Positions 48,300-63,286 of a stretch of 64,000 nucleotides of DNA are shown here, in pieces. Below the pieces are notes generated by a model. It saw nothing but the letters and a program-made list of their open reading frames with translations. It was not told where the DNA came from and did not search any database. A program made the translations under genes and the position numbers. The stretch covers positions 744,001 to 808,000 of the forward strand of contig MCFH01000016.1 in assembly GCA_002104945.1 (NCBI GenBank), read 5' to 3'. Each line of letters starts with the position of its first letter. The stretch's first letter is position 1. This stretch comes from Piromyces finnis finn. Lineage: Eukaryota > Fungi > Neocallimastigomycota.

Positions 48300-51200
48300 A
48301 TTGACTATTAGTTTTTATTTATATAATATTAAAAAAATGTGTAAAAAGTTTTATTTACTTTAAACAACGTGAAGAAAAAAAAAGAAATTCGTCAATTTTT
48401 ATTTCTTTTATACTTTTTTCCAATTCAATAAAAAAAATATTGGAACAGCCATCTCTTAATAATTAATTAATATATGGACAATATATAACGAATATAATGA
48501 ATTAAATAACAAAATAAATAGAAAAATTCAATATAAAATTTTAACTAGAAATAGAAATATTTATTTGTTATATTTCATATATTAAATTTTATATTATCTA
48601 TACAACTTTATTACATTTTACAGAGCCACAAAAAAATAATAATATTTAAAATTATACTTTATAACAGTTTAAAAAGTAGCTTTATTAAATATTAATTCTA
48701 GTATTTGTTTATTTGATTGTTTATTATTTATAAATATTAAAATATACCACCAAAACAATTTAACCATTTATTTTATTTATGTAATTTATTTAAAATCCTA
48801 TTATTATATTCACTTAATTATTAGTATATCATTATATTATTATATTTGATTTTTTAATGATTAAAAATAAAATTTTATAATTTTAATCTTTTTTTTTTTT
48901 TAATCTGTAATTTTTTTATATTATTAAAGAATACAGATAAAAGTTTAAAAATTTAATGATGATGTTATAAAATTAAAGTATGTTCAAGGTAAATAAATAA
49001 GCTATTATAAATAAAACATATCTTGCTTTTGCTATTATCATATATTTTAAATAAGATTCTTTTATTTATTTACATTAATAAAGTTTTTTTTTTGTTGATT
49101 TTATTTTTTTTTTCCAATAAATTTAATTTGTTCATGTATCATTTATTCATCTACGTAGGTTTATTTGAAGAGTTCTTAGAAATCTCTGTACTTCATGTGA
49201 TTATTACTAAAAAATAATAAAAGGGTACTATTTTTTTTTTTTTAAAAAATAATTAGCATTGATAACAAATAAAATGTAAATTTACTTTTTATAAAAAAAT
49301 ATTTGTAATAAATATTAGTAATACTAATAAAAAAAAAAAAAAAGGAATCAATATTATGGCAAAACATAATTAGTTAATCATTTAAAGTTCTTTAGAATAA
49401 ATCGCCTATTTATTAACTAGTTTATAATGTTTGTTTCATGTCTTAATACTATTCAATAATTGGATTGAAAAGGTAACCACTTTATTTTTTTAGGGTTGTA
49501 TAATTTAATCAAAAAAAAAAAACAAAACAAAACATCAATACTAAGGTTTAATTCAAAAATAGAATGACATGGACTTTTTTTTAAATTTTTTATTTTATTG
49601 TACTATTTATATATATAATAAATGACAATATTAATTAGAATATATTAAAAATATTAATTAAAATTTTTAATTTTTATTTACTAATAAATAATTATAAATT
49701 AAATTATAATAGACAATATTGGTTCTTTTATCTTTTTTTTTTTTCCGTCTATTTACAATTATACATAAACAACATAATGACAGTGGCTATCAAAAAAATA
49801 AATACTAAAATATTGATTGTAAATTATATATTTATATATCATTTTTTGACATGTAAAACTCTTGTTTAAAATACATCATTTTTTTCATTTTTATTATCAA
49901 TATATATAAAAAAAGTATTGTTTTTTATAAATACTAAAAATTTATAATCATTCATGCCTGTTAAAATAAAAATATTTTAATAAAATATACTATATTAATT
50001 TATACCTGAAAACTAAAACTTTACAGTTATCATATGCTATTTCATAGTAAAATTAGCTTTATAAGATTTTAATTAATATTTTATTATTTGTTTAATTTAT
50101 TCTGAGTTGATAGGTATACGATACAATACATTAAATGATGTGGCTTTATGAACTATGTTAATATTTTATTTTAATAAAAAATCTTTCAATAATTCATTTT
50201 ATTTTAGATTTTCATTAGGCTTGTATTTTAATTTTAGATATTGATTACTATTTAAATAATGAAATTTTTATTAATTACTGAAAAAGAGAGAAAAGAAATA
50301 CCTAGAAAAAGCTATATCATAAATATTTTTTTTTTTCTTTTATCTTTCCTATTATTTATTATTGTTTTATGACAATAAATTGGACTAGAGTTATTAAGGA
50401 TAGAAAAATGAAGAATTTCTATAAAAAATTAATTAAAACTGTTTTAATTAATAGGCAATAATAGTATATGGTTGAGATTTATTTATGATGTAAAATGCAA
50501 TTTATCAAAGTTCATACAAAAACTACTCCATTTTTTTTTATTTGTCCTGTTATTTTCTGGTATAAATTTACACTGTCTTTAATATAACAAAATAAACATT
50601 AATCGAGGATATTACCTTTTTTTTTTTTTAAAAAAAATATAGAGAATAATTAAATCAATATTTAATCTACAAATCTTTTTTTAATAAAAAATTAAAACAA
50701 TATTTTATTTTATTAAAGTAAAACAGAATAATATAAGAAAATATTTATAGAAAGCTTTATCATTATTATAATAGTAATATTTCTCAAGTGATAGTATCTT
50801 TTACATAAATTATTAATAATTGTTCAGTTTATTTGTTATTTCATTCAAACCTTTTTTTCAACTTCAATAATAATAAAATAGAATGACTCAATGAAAGCAA
50901 TATTTATATTATTTTTTAATGGTTTTGTATTTTAACAAATTGTTTCATAATAAATTAATTCCTTTACCAATTAATAGTAAAAATATATATATATATATAT
51001 ATTTAAAAATTTATAAAAAATAATACAAAGAAAAAAGATATAATAATAACAAAAACTAATGATAAATATAAACATAAATATAAACATAATAATAATTATA
51101 ATAATAATTTCACTATTAATAACTAACACCTCTTTCTTTTTTTTTTATATAGGCTATGAATGCTTTTATGTTTTTTTAAGTTTTTTTTATAATTTCATTT

Positions 51201-54200
51201 TTAATTTTTACTGTTTCATTTTAATTAATTATGAAAAAACATTTATATATAAATTATATATTATAATATATTTATAATATATTTAATTTTTAATTTTCTA
51301 TAAAATAATATTAAAACTACCAAATTTTACCTTTTCACAAACTATTAAAAATTTCAAAATTATTTTTTGAAAGGTTACACATATATAATATAATATACAT
51401 AATGCAATAATTAAATGATTAAATATGTAAAGTTTTTCTTTTTTTTTTAAATAAACAAAGAGTATTGACATACTAAAAAAAAAGTTATAATTATTTAAAT
51501 TTAAATAATTGTAATTAATAAATTACTCTTTTAAGGTTGTAAATTGTGAATGCTTAAAAGTATTAATTAAACTTATATTAATGCTTTTACCATATGATTT
51601 ATAATTTGGGTGGCTAAATTGATAAATACTTTTTAGCTATATTTTGTACTTTTGATTTTTATTTGTTCAATCCATTATATTATATTAGTATAATTTAATA
51701 TATATATATATATAAAAGTGTTACCTTTTTTTATCCATTATGGCTGATGATGATGTATTCTGTTATTAATAATACATTTTGTAACGATATCTAGAGTAAG
51801 AAATAATATTAATAGTAAAAAAAAAAAAAAAAAAAACTATAGAAATATTATTTATTACTAAAAGAAACTTTTTTTATGTACTTTGGAAAAGTATTTTATA
51901 TGCAATTGATGTATATAAATTAGAATAAATATTAAAGGCTTATTTCAATTAATGTAAATCTTTAATGATAAAGACTATATTTAATAAACATTAAGTAATT
52001 AAAGTTACTTTTATTATTTCTTTGTGTTAAGTAGTTTATTTTATAGAGTATTATGGTATCAAAATGCGGATAAATATTATAAACTTAAATATATCTAATT
52101 AACATGCTTAATTATAGAATGATAATAAAATAGTAATTATGCTAACTTTATATGAGGTGTAATTTAATAATAAATTTTAATATATCTTGGAATGACAATT
52201 TTTTCCCAACTATTAAAGAAAAAATACAATAATGGGGAGTACAAAGTAGTATCTTTATTATAATGTGGTGGTTAAAGTTATAGATTAATGCTAAGTATAT
52301 TTGTATGTAATACTCGGAAAAATTAAAAGTTTTATGAATCTAAAAAATAAAAAAGGATTATAATTTATGTTAATAAAGTATTAATCAGAGATCAAGCCAT
52401 TTATTATTGTTGCATTATTAAAAAATGAAAGAGTGAATAACCTTTTTATTCTTTAATATATTAATATAAGCCTTATTTATTATATCTGAATTTAAAATAT
52501 CCTAAATATTTCATTTCATAAATAGGTATAGTATTAATGAATGGAACGATATATAAATTAATAAATGATATAATATTCTATTATATATTAAAGTTCAAAT
52601 GCCCAGAAAAATGTTTTAATCTAATGTATTTTTTTTTAAATTTTTAAAAAAAATGTTTGTGTAATAAATTACTCATAATATTATTGCTATAATACATATT
52701 TTTCATTTTTTAATGATTAAACTTTTTTTTTTAAAGAAACAAATTCTTTGTATTTCATACATATTTATAATAATATTAGGTATAACTTTAAATATTAGAA
52801 TTTACGATCATATTTAAATTTTAGCATTAATCAAAATTATTGTGGATGCATTATAAAAATAACAAAATTTAAAATTAAAAAGTAGGTTAATGTATATGTA
52901 TTCTAGTGATTAATTAATAATAAGAAGAAAATTATTATTTTAGAGTATAGTAATTATATTTGATTTTTAATAGGCACTCTAAGTTAAGATTAAATTTTGT
53001 CAAGAGATGATATGCTGATATTATGATTCTCATTAATTGTGCTTGTCTTCTGGTCTATTTCTTTTTCTTCGATATTGATATTTTTGATACAAAGGTATTT
53101 AAATACTTTTTTTTTTTTTTACATATTATAATAATGATAATTATAAATACATATTAATATTCCTTAGATTATTAAATAATTATTTAAACTAAAAAAAAAA
53201 AAAATTGTTCAAATTTAAATAATTATAATGTTCATCTTTATGATTTCTGTTAATTTTTTTGTTTCCAACATCATCCAACCTTATTATTATCATTTATGGC
53301 GACTATTACTGTTACTTATTATTATTACTATTACTATTGATATTATTAGTATTATTATTGGTAATAGTATTCTTCTTCTTCTTCTTATTATTATTATATT
53401 TATATATTTTGTTTTCAATAGGCTATTGAAATTATATAAAAAAGGAATTTTTGATGTTATAATATATAATGCAATTTTATGAAATCTTCAGTTTCTTCAT
53501 AGTTATTATTATCATTGTAATAGTATGTTTCAATTGATTTTTTTTTTTTTTTTTTTTTTTTTGAAATCTTTTCAATAAAGTTTTTTAATTGTTTTTACTT
53601 TTTACATGTTCATTAAGAATCCTATTGAACTCTTACTGTGTATACGCTTTCTAAGTTTCAGAATGTAATTAATTTAATGGAGAAAAACATAGTTCATTTA
53701 TTGAAATACCTAACTAGAGCTAATTGTTCATTTTGCTGGTAACAGTGAAATATTTAAAATTTTCAAAGTTGAGAATAGAGTTTTATATGATTTAGCTTTT
53801 TTATAAGCATCTCTTATATTCTTTAGAAGATAATATGCTTTTGATTTGTCCCTACAGTTAGTTTTATTAAAACCAAATATGTGAGCTCTACTAATCATTT
53901 GTGAATTTAATGGAATGAGGAATATTAAATTTCTCTAGATATCTGGTTGACTAAAAAAAGTCTCTTCAAAACCTTTTATTTTTTATGGCTATATAATTTA
54001 TAAAGGCCATTTAAAATACAAATAGAATTACAATTATGGTTTATATATAAGCAATTACTTTTTCTATTTGATATATGCATATAGTATTAATAAAATACCA
54101 TAATCTATTTATAAAAAAAAAAAAAAAATAAATTTGGAAATTAATATAAAATATAATTCATTCTTTATAAATATTATTCATATTATAAATTATTAGTAAC

Positions 54201-54467
54201 AAAAATAATTTTAGGTATATTGAATTTTTAAAATTAATTAAACAATTATATATATTTTCAAAATTTCTATTTAATTAGTATTTATTATAATAAAAAGCAT
54301 TTTTTTTTTTTTAGATCATTTACATGTTCCTTTACATGCCATACTTATTTACAAATAATATTAATATATTATAAATTATAAATATAAATGTTTTAATAGT
54401 AAAAACATAAAACAATATATTAGTTTTTAATACTCTATTATTTAATATTAATGGTTTCTTTTCATAT

Positions 54468-55735
54468 TTATTTAGCACATATTAAATTAACAGCTTTTCC
54501 CTTATCATTTAATACAGCAGCAAGTCCTGGAATCTTTTCACATTTAGAAAAGGCATTTACTAAAATTCTAGTGTTGAGATCAGCAGCAGCTTCAGAAGTA
54601 TGTACATTATCATTTGGGAAGTATTTATTTTGATTTAAGTAACCTTCACCAAGACTTTCATATTGACGAGCAATATAATTATACATATCAATACATGGAA
54701 TACCTAATTGTTTAGCAACATTCATAGCATATGTAACAAATCTACCTGGAGTTTCAATTCTTCCATTTTGGAAAACTTTTCTTGGGGTTTGAGTAAGAAT
54801 AATTGGATTTGCTTTTTTGGCTCTTACTTGATTTGCAAAAGTACGGAGGTACCATGAGTAGGTATGAACAACTTCCATTTCACCACTACTTAATCTGACA
54901 GTAACTGAATTATCTCCTTCTCCATCAACAACACCTCTTTCTTTTTCTTGGTATGGACCACCACCATCATTATGACCAAATTCGATGAATACATAATCTC
55001 CTTCTTTAACATCATTTATAAGAGCATCCCATTTACCTTCTCTCATGAAAGATCTAGTACTTCTTCCTGCTCTAGCATGATTGTAAACGGGAATAGTAAC
55101 ATAGTTGGAAAGTAATTTACCCCAACCAACAGTACCATTACCTCCACCTTTATTATCAACAGTGGAATCACCTGCAATGAAGATTCTGGCTGAACTTACA
55201 TTATTGTTGTTATTATTTATATTATTATTGTTATTAGTGTTGGAAGATGCATTTGATCCATTATTATTAGAAGTTTCTTGAATACATTGTGAAAACCTTT
55301 TAATTTTTTTGAATGTATATATATAATTTTTAAAATTTAATTTTTTTTTTTCTAAATTACTTTAAATTCAATATATTTCTTTTTTTTTTTTTTTTTGAAA
55401 TTAAAAAAAAAAAAAAACATATCTTTTAAAATATTTATATAAAAATAACAAGTACCATTCATTATAAGTTTTGCATGTGTAACCACTGTCACAGCATGTT
55501 TCACCTTTGAAACCTTTTCTATTATATTTTATGGGAATATAATAAAGAAAATAAAGTTATTATAAATGATTTTTTTTTTTTTTTTTTTTAATTTATAATT
55601 TTTATTTTTTGAAAAATCTTATTTTTGCCTATAGATAATTTACCCTCCACATTGATAAAATGCCTTATTGCTACAGGCGGCATTGGCTAGAGTAGCCAAG
55701 CCTAATGACATAATTCCAATTATACTAAATTTCAT
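54468..55735 (-). CDS. Secreted CBM1 plus SGNH CE12 rhamnogalacturonan acetylesterase-like enzyme; exons 55735-55644, 55518-55456, 55296-54468 (327 aa)
   Basis: Manual splicing through GT-AG introns gives a signal peptide, CBM1 ([37 protein letters not shown]) and an Asn-rich linker. SGNH blocks IFIAGDSTV, NHARAGRS, IEFGHND and DNVH follow. Exon phases add up to 984 nt. Confidence 0.9.
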
Positions 55736-58700
55736 ATTGTTTAAGTATATTTCTATTAAATACTACAAATACTTTTATATATACACACAAAAAATTTATA
55801 TAAAAAAAAAAGTAAAAATTATAATTTATATAATATTCCTATCTTTTTCTATTTAATATAATTTATTAATAATTAATTTAAATAATTAATGCAATATATT
55901 AGCATTATGATATATTTTATATTTATTTAACTTTTAATTAAATAGAAATTAATCTATAAATATTCCGTATTTATATTATTTAAAAAAATTACTATATTAA
56001 TTTGAATTTGTCATACTTTTATAATATTATTATTGTATATTAAAAATGATAATTTAATAAAGATAATCATTTTACTATTGATTAATTAGATAGAAATAGT
56101 GTATAAAAAATTACTACAAAAAATTAATTAAAATTTATTAATAAATAAAGTTTATATTTCACCATAAAATTATTTTTGTATTACATTAACGGTATATTAT
56201 TAAATTAACAGTATATTAAAAGTTATTGTTTTTTTGTCGAAATAAGTCAAAATAATAAATTTGTGGTAATTAATTTTAAATTCTTTTTATTTACCTAATA
56301 TGTCTATTTAGTTTCTATTTAATTTCTTTTTGTTAGTATGAATGAATTCATTAAAATTTTTCTGTCACAAAATTAATATGATTATTTGTAATTCATATTT
56401 TATAATGTAATACTTCATTTAAATTATTCCACTAAATAAATATTTTTTCCTTACTATAAAAGAAAATATTAGCTAAATATTATATTATTGTTAGTTAATA
56501 TATATTTAATTATAGTTAACTATTTTGAAAAAGGAAAGAAATATCGTATTTTTTTTTATATACAATTAATGATTAAATTTTGACAATGAACTTTTTTTAT
56601 AATAACAATTAATAAATATACTAATTTAATCTATATTTTTATTTTATAAGTTTTTTATTTAAAAAATTCACAAAAATTTATACTTTTTATTAAATTCAAA
56701 TTTCATAGAATATTATTGTTAATTAAAAGGGTTAAATAATTATAGTAGAAAAATAATATTTGTCCAATTTGACTAATTAAATTAGTTATATGTATATTTA
56801 ATCTATTAATTCTGTTAATATGTATTGAAAAATATTTCAGAACATACAATCAACATGATTATAAACTTCATTTGAAAATTTCTTATTAGATAAACTTTTT
56901 ATAACTAGTTCTTTTTTTATATTTTTACATTTTTCAATTATGAATCTGATTACTTTTTAAAATTAAAAATATTTTTTTTTTCAATATATCAATATATATT
57001 TACTACATATTATATACATATACAATATATAACTATTAAAAAGTATTTCATTTAATTTTTAAGGAATTTAAAGATAATTTTTACAATCAATAACCATAAT
57101 CGAATAGGAATGAGTATGATAAATATAACTTTTTTAAAAACGTTAATTTAAGTTCATTAAAAAAAATTAATATCAAGCATAAAAAAAAAAAAAAAAAGAA
57201 TTTATTAAAAAAGTATTGTTTTAAGTGTATTATGGTTTTTTATTACCAATATTTATTTTAAAATAATTATTATTATTATTATATAATTGCTTTTTTTTTT
57301 TTTAAATACTTTAATATAAAAATAAACTTATTATAAAATTCAATATTATAATAATAAAAAAAAAACATTATCATTCATTATATTTATGATATCATGTGAT
57401 AAATATAATAAACTATTCATACTTTACATAAATTTAAATTATTTGTTTATTGTTTTAGTTGGCTTTTTTTGTTTATGATGCTAATATTTTTAACTATTGA
57501 TATATATTAATTTATAATTTAATATGTAATATAATATATTATATTTATTAATTATTAATATAAATTTTAAAGAATTATATAAAAATAAAAAAAAAAAGCC
57601 ATGCTTTTACATGTTTCATTGCATAATAAAAATTTGCTTTAATTTAATTTATTAAAAAACAAAACAAACAGAAAAAAAAACAATGCACATTGTTGTTCAT
57701 TATTAATAATAGTTAAATATAATCATCATTTATAAAATAAAAATGTAAATATTTATAAAACAGGTATAAATATTGTATGTATTAATATAAAAAAAGCAAT
57801 ACTAATTATTAATAAATTCATAATAGTTTATCCAATTTTTATTAATAAAATTGTATTGTATTTTATTGTTATTATTTGTTTAAATTCAAGAATAAAAGTT
57901 TTTAATTATCAGCATTAGTATTTTTCGTAATATATTTATAAAGAAACTAAAAATATTTCTTAGTCTGCCACTTTATAAAAACTTAAATATAAAATTAATG
58001 AAAATATTAAATAGTTTAAAATTGAATAAATACAAAAATAGTAATTATAAAAATCTAACTTTTTTTTTATTTTAATTATATTTAGATAAAAATAGTTATT
58101 TCTTCTAAAGATACTCTACATATTCTTTCATTTGCTTTTTTTTTTTTTACCTATATATTTCCCCAATAATAGTATCATCTATTATTTTTAAATTTTAAAG
58201 TATTTAAATTTTTAAAATTTACACTTTTTTATTATATTTTCAATTTACTTTTATATATATAAAGTAATTATGTTTTAATTGAGACTAATTTTATTTTTAA
58301 ACTTTTTAGTTTAATCTTATATTATTATTATTATTATTATTATTATTAGTTTAATAACTAGGATTAATATTATTAACCAGAATAATAATGATTTAATATA
58401 CCAAGAAATAAGTATAATTTTAACATAAAAAGTAAATTATCTCCTTTAAAATTGTTTCAAATAATATTTAGAAATTATTATTAAATATTGTTTGGAACAA
58501 TTTTAAAGAAATTATTAACATTTTTAAATAATTCAAAATAATTTTTATTGGATTATTGCAACCATTTTCTTATGATTAAAAAGAAAATATTTATTATATT
58601 TTTTCTATTATGAGAGAATTAATGAATTTATTATAATTTATATTTATCTGAATGAAGAAATGATAATGAAAATGAAAGTAAAAAAAACCTTTGCTTTAAA

Positions 58701-59747
58701 TTACTTTATTATTTATCTTTATTATTTTAAAAGCACCTACCATACTTTCATATTAATAAAACAACTTTAAGTTTCCTTTTAATATTAGGGATAGTCAATA
58801 AAATTTCTTATTTATATAAATTGAATATTAATATATATTATAGTATATTCAATAGACTATTTTAGCCTTTTCTAATATATATTTTTATATATTAAAGTAT
58901 TATATTTTATTATTAAATTATTTATTTATATTTATATTATCTTTGTTTGGGATAAACAAAAATGTTATTATTATCAAAATAAGATAATTGTAACCCATAT
59001 ATTACTATTATAATAATATATATGATCAGAGTATATTAATAATAAAATATTGTTTTTTAAATCTATTAATAATATAATAATATTAATGGGAATCAATAGA
59101 TTTTATTAAAAAGAAGCTATTTGATTTATTTAGTTAATTTATCATAAATCAATTTTAAATATATTTATTTAATTAAATTTGCATATATTAATCCTAATTA
59201 AATATATACCAATTTTAATTATATCTAAAACTGAAAAAATTTAATAATAGAATTTTTGTAATTTAAATAGAATTAAAATTATTATGAAAAAGGAAAATGA
59301 AAAGATAATTAATTATAATACAAAAATAATTATGAAATTATGATTCAAAAATTTTTTATAATTAATATTTAATATATTATTAAAAAAAAAAATTAACTAT
59401 AAATATTTTCATTTTTTCCTTTTTTTTTTTTTTTTTAAATAATCAGCTTTTTTAATATTAAAAAGTTTTTATTAAAAAGTTAATATACATAAATTTTTAT
59501 TATAAAAAAGGTAAATAAAAAGTAAAATCTAAAAAAGTGAATTAACAAAAATACCAATAATAATACAATAAGAAATATTATATATTTAAAATATTAAATA
59601 TCAAATATGGAATATTTTTTTTTAAAAAAATAAAAATAGATTATTTGAAAAAATAAATAAATATAAATTATATTTATACTAATAGTATTTTGTTTTTTAT
59701 TATTTTCAAATAAAATACTAAAATATAAATTATTTATTAGATTAAAA

Positions 59748-60401
59748 ATGAAATTCAACACTTTAACTTCTTTAGCTCTCTTAGCTGCTTCTGCTTACGC
59801 TCAAAAAAATTGTGGTTCTCAATGTAGTTTAGACAGAAGTCCAAAATCTGCCATTTCAGGTGATATCACTTTAGTTGCTGTTGTTGACAAAAACGATTCA
59901 AACATTCAATATAAGGTTGGTGGTTCCCTTATTGTTGAAAATGATTGTACTTTCAAGGTTGAAAACTTCTATGTTACTCCACAACCAAGACAAGCTTCAT
60001 GGCATTGTAGTGGTCCAAACAATGATGGTATTTGGATTTCAAAGGAAATTGTTAATGCTGTTAACCCAGATGCTCCACAAACCTTTACTTACGATATTTC
60101 CAATACTGATCCATTCTGTAAGGGTTCATTAATCTCAGATTGTGATACTTACTATTTAATGGATGAATCATACCAAACTATTGCCCAAGTTAAAGTTAAT
60201 AATCCAGAAGTTGAATCCAAAGGATCTTCTTCTTCATCTAGTTCATCATCCAGTTCTTCTGGTTCATCCAGTAGCAGTTCCAGCTCAACCTCTACTAGCT
60301 CTAGTAACAAAACCAATACTAGTACTAGTGATGCCACTACTTCAAAGTGGAGCATGGCTCTCATTGGTCTTACTTCATTAGCTGCCTACTTCCTTGCTTA
60401 A
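59748..60401 (+). CDS. Secreted, probably GPI-anchored Ser-rich protein with a DM13-like domain
   Basis: 217 aa. Signal peptide, Cys-containing beta-rich domain (VGGSLIVENDCTFKVENF...W), poly-Ser stalk and hydrophobic C-terminus after SDA. The DM13 assignment is tentative. Confidence 0.7.
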   Translation: MKFNTLTSLALLAASAYAQKNCGSQCSLDRSPKSAISGDITLVAVVDKNDSNIQYKVGGSLIVENDCTFKVENFYVTPQPRQASWHCSGPNNDGIWISKEIVNAVNPDAPQTFTYDISNTDPFCKGSLISDCDTYYLMDESYQTIAQVKVNNPEVESKGSSSSSSSSSSSSGSSSSSSSSTSTSSSNKTNTSTSDATTSKWSMALIGLTSLAAYFLA

Positions 60402-61388
60402 ATTTAATGTATTAATTATAGTAGTGTTTCTTTTATATATATCTAGTTAATATTAAAAAAAATTATTGAAAAATAATAGAAAAGGAAACATTAGATAATT
60501 AGTAATTAAATATAAACCCTTGTATAACCTACCTTATTTATTAAATTTAATATTATTATCATTTTATATCATTTATACCATTAATATCATAAATAAATAA
60601 AAAGAAAATAATTAAATAGAAAAAATATATTTATAATTTAAAATTAATATGATTATTGAATAATTAGAGTAATACATAATTATTAAATATAATGGGTTGT
60701 CCATTATATATTTAATTATTTTTGTATTATATATTTTAATAATAGAATAATTAATTACATATTTAAAAAAAAAAAAAAATAAAAAATAAGTGATAGAAAA
60801 AATAATGAAAGATAATAATAATATTTATTTGAGAAAAAAAAAAATAATAATAAAAAGAACAAAAGAATTAATAAAAAGAAAGGAATAATAATAATAATAA
60901 TAATAAAAAAAACTAAAATAAAATAAACAAAAACAAAATGAAATCAATTTTGTGTTATAAAAAAGTTCATTGTAAATAAGATTATAAATAAGATTGCTTA
61001 TTTTAAATTTTTAATTTAGTAATAATTATGATATTATAGTCTTCAAAATAATATCGGTAATAATGGAGGTAGAATTATTAATAAAAATGATAAAAGTGTT
61101 AATTCTAATTTCTTTAATTTAAATAATTATTAATTAAATCAAAATATATATATAATATTATATGCCTATTTTGCTATATATATATATTTACTCAGAAATT
61201 AAAGGTAATTCTTTATTATTATTTTATTTTACTATTTTTATTTACATTATGTGAGAAAGTATATATATAAAAAATTGATATAAATTGAAATGGTATATTT
61301 TAAATTAAATACAATGCATAATGCATTTTTTTTTTTTTAAAAAAAAATAAAATAAATAAAATAAAAACTAAAAAAATATTAAAATTTT

Positions 61389-63286
61389 TTATTTATTGAA
61401 ATATTTTTCTATCGGTCCACTCTTTTTTGATGTGTTATTATCGGATGTCGTTGGAGTAGTTGCGGATTTCGGCTTTCTTCCTCGATTTGATTTTCTAGTT
61501 GGATTCACTTTTTTTATATGTTGTTTTTCATCAATTTGTGAAGAATTATCTTGAGTTGAAGTTGTTATATTATCAACTGACTTTTTCTTACGTGGTCTAC
61601 CAGGTCCTCTTTTAGGTTTTTCCCCTTCGGCTGCTTTACTTTTCTTTTTATTATTATTTGGCTGTTTTTTTATATCATCTGCTTTCAATAATTTAATACT
61701 AGCTTTATTATCTTCAATTGTCTTTTTAAAACTATTAATTTCTTTTTTAATTTTTTCAAAATTTTCCCTAAATGAATTCCTTTTAACAGGGACTATTGGC
61801 ACATTTGAATCTATATCCATTGGTGTTGGTGATGCTGTTCGAGGTGTTGGCTCCGTTGATGATATAGCAATGGCATTTGAATTCTCTGTATTAGACATCT
61901 GTGACACCTCAGTACTATTAATAGTATATATACTTTTATCTGATTGTGATATTTCATTATTATCAATATTTTTTGTGATCTTATCTTCTTTTTGGGTTTC
62001 TTTAATAGTACTTAATCTTGACTCTTCTTCACTCTTTATTGAATCGGTAATATCATTATTGTTTTTATCTGTTTCATCATCTTTTATTGATTGTGATAAT
62101 TCGTTTACGTCTGTTTCTGTTATTCCTTCACTAGTTATTTGGGACACCTCAGTGTTTTCAATTTCTGTATTTGAAGCATTAATAATTTGTGATGAAGTAT
62201 CGTTACTTTCAACCTCGGTTGTTTCTGTGTTAGTTATATTTGAAATTTCTGGGTTAGATGTTTGAGAAATTTCAGTATTATTTTGTTCAGCAGGTTGATC
62301 AATTCTTTCTTTTTTACTTTCTTCAGCTTTTTCATCTACTAATTGTGAAACTGCATCCATTAAAGTAATTTTTTCAATAGTTTTTGATTTGGTGGCGTCC
62401 GTTTTTGATGGTGCTGTAACATCACTATCTATTATTGGTGAAATATTGCCATTATCTACAGCCATTGAATTTAATAGTGAATCTTTATTCATAAAAAGTG
62501 TATTTGGAGAAAGATTTGGAATTAGTGTTTGTGGTAATTTTTCTTTTCCTGATAATTCATCATCTTTTTGTTCTAAAAGTACACTATGAAAAACCATTTT
62601 TTTGGTAGTTTGGGTTAAAGGAATAAGTGGGAAATCCTTTGAAGAATTATTGGAATTTTCACCTGTAAGATATGAATATAATGATGATGATTGTTTAAGT
62701 GATGCATTGGATGGATGTATTGAAGATTCTAAATTATCTTTATTATTATTATTAATTTTATTTTCATCCACCTCAAAAATCAAATCTGTTCCTAACGAGT
62801 AATCTACTTCTCCCTTATATACAAAATTTCCAATTTTAAACATTGGTTGATCTGTATCCAAACCCTTTATTATTTTTATTAAATTTTAATTATGATAAAT
62901 GATTTGAAAGAAAGTAAACATCGATTATTGTTCAATCCCCCAAAAATTATATTACATTAATTTATTATTAATTTTTAATAATTTTAAATTAATTTTTAGT
63001 TTTTATTTTTTCAAAATCTTAATAATCATATATACATTAACTTACAATCAAGGAATAACCATTGTTAATTTCAAGAGATCTCTTTAATAAATCAATGGTT
63101 AAATCGGATCCTAAATCCATTATCATATAAGTTGACTAATTATTCAATATAATTTTATGAGTTTAATATTAAGCATTCAATATGATAAGAATATGTTGTT
63201 ATTAATATTTATACCTCTTCTTCCCATTCATCTTCAGAATCAACTTCCATTTTGTCTGAACTTGATGGTTTATCCTCTTTTAACAT
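61389..63286 (-). CDS. TFIIIC subunit 6 (TFIIIC_sub6)-like protein with C-terminal AT-hooks; exons 63286-63215, 63135-63046, 62864-61389 (545 aa)
   Basis: Manual splicing with phase-0 GT-AG introns gives EDEWEEE|STYMIMDLG...YSLI|GLDTDQPMFKIGNFVYKGEVDYSLGTDLIFE, matching my recollection of the TFIIIC_sub6 motif. A long disordered tail contains KRGPGRPRKKK and RGRKPK. Confidence 0.78.

Noticed and set aside
53538-53960. Poly-T followed by slightly GC-richer DNA, as a possible reverse-strand retrocopy
   Set aside because: No TSD or recognisable protein motif, and long T-runs are frequent throughout the window.
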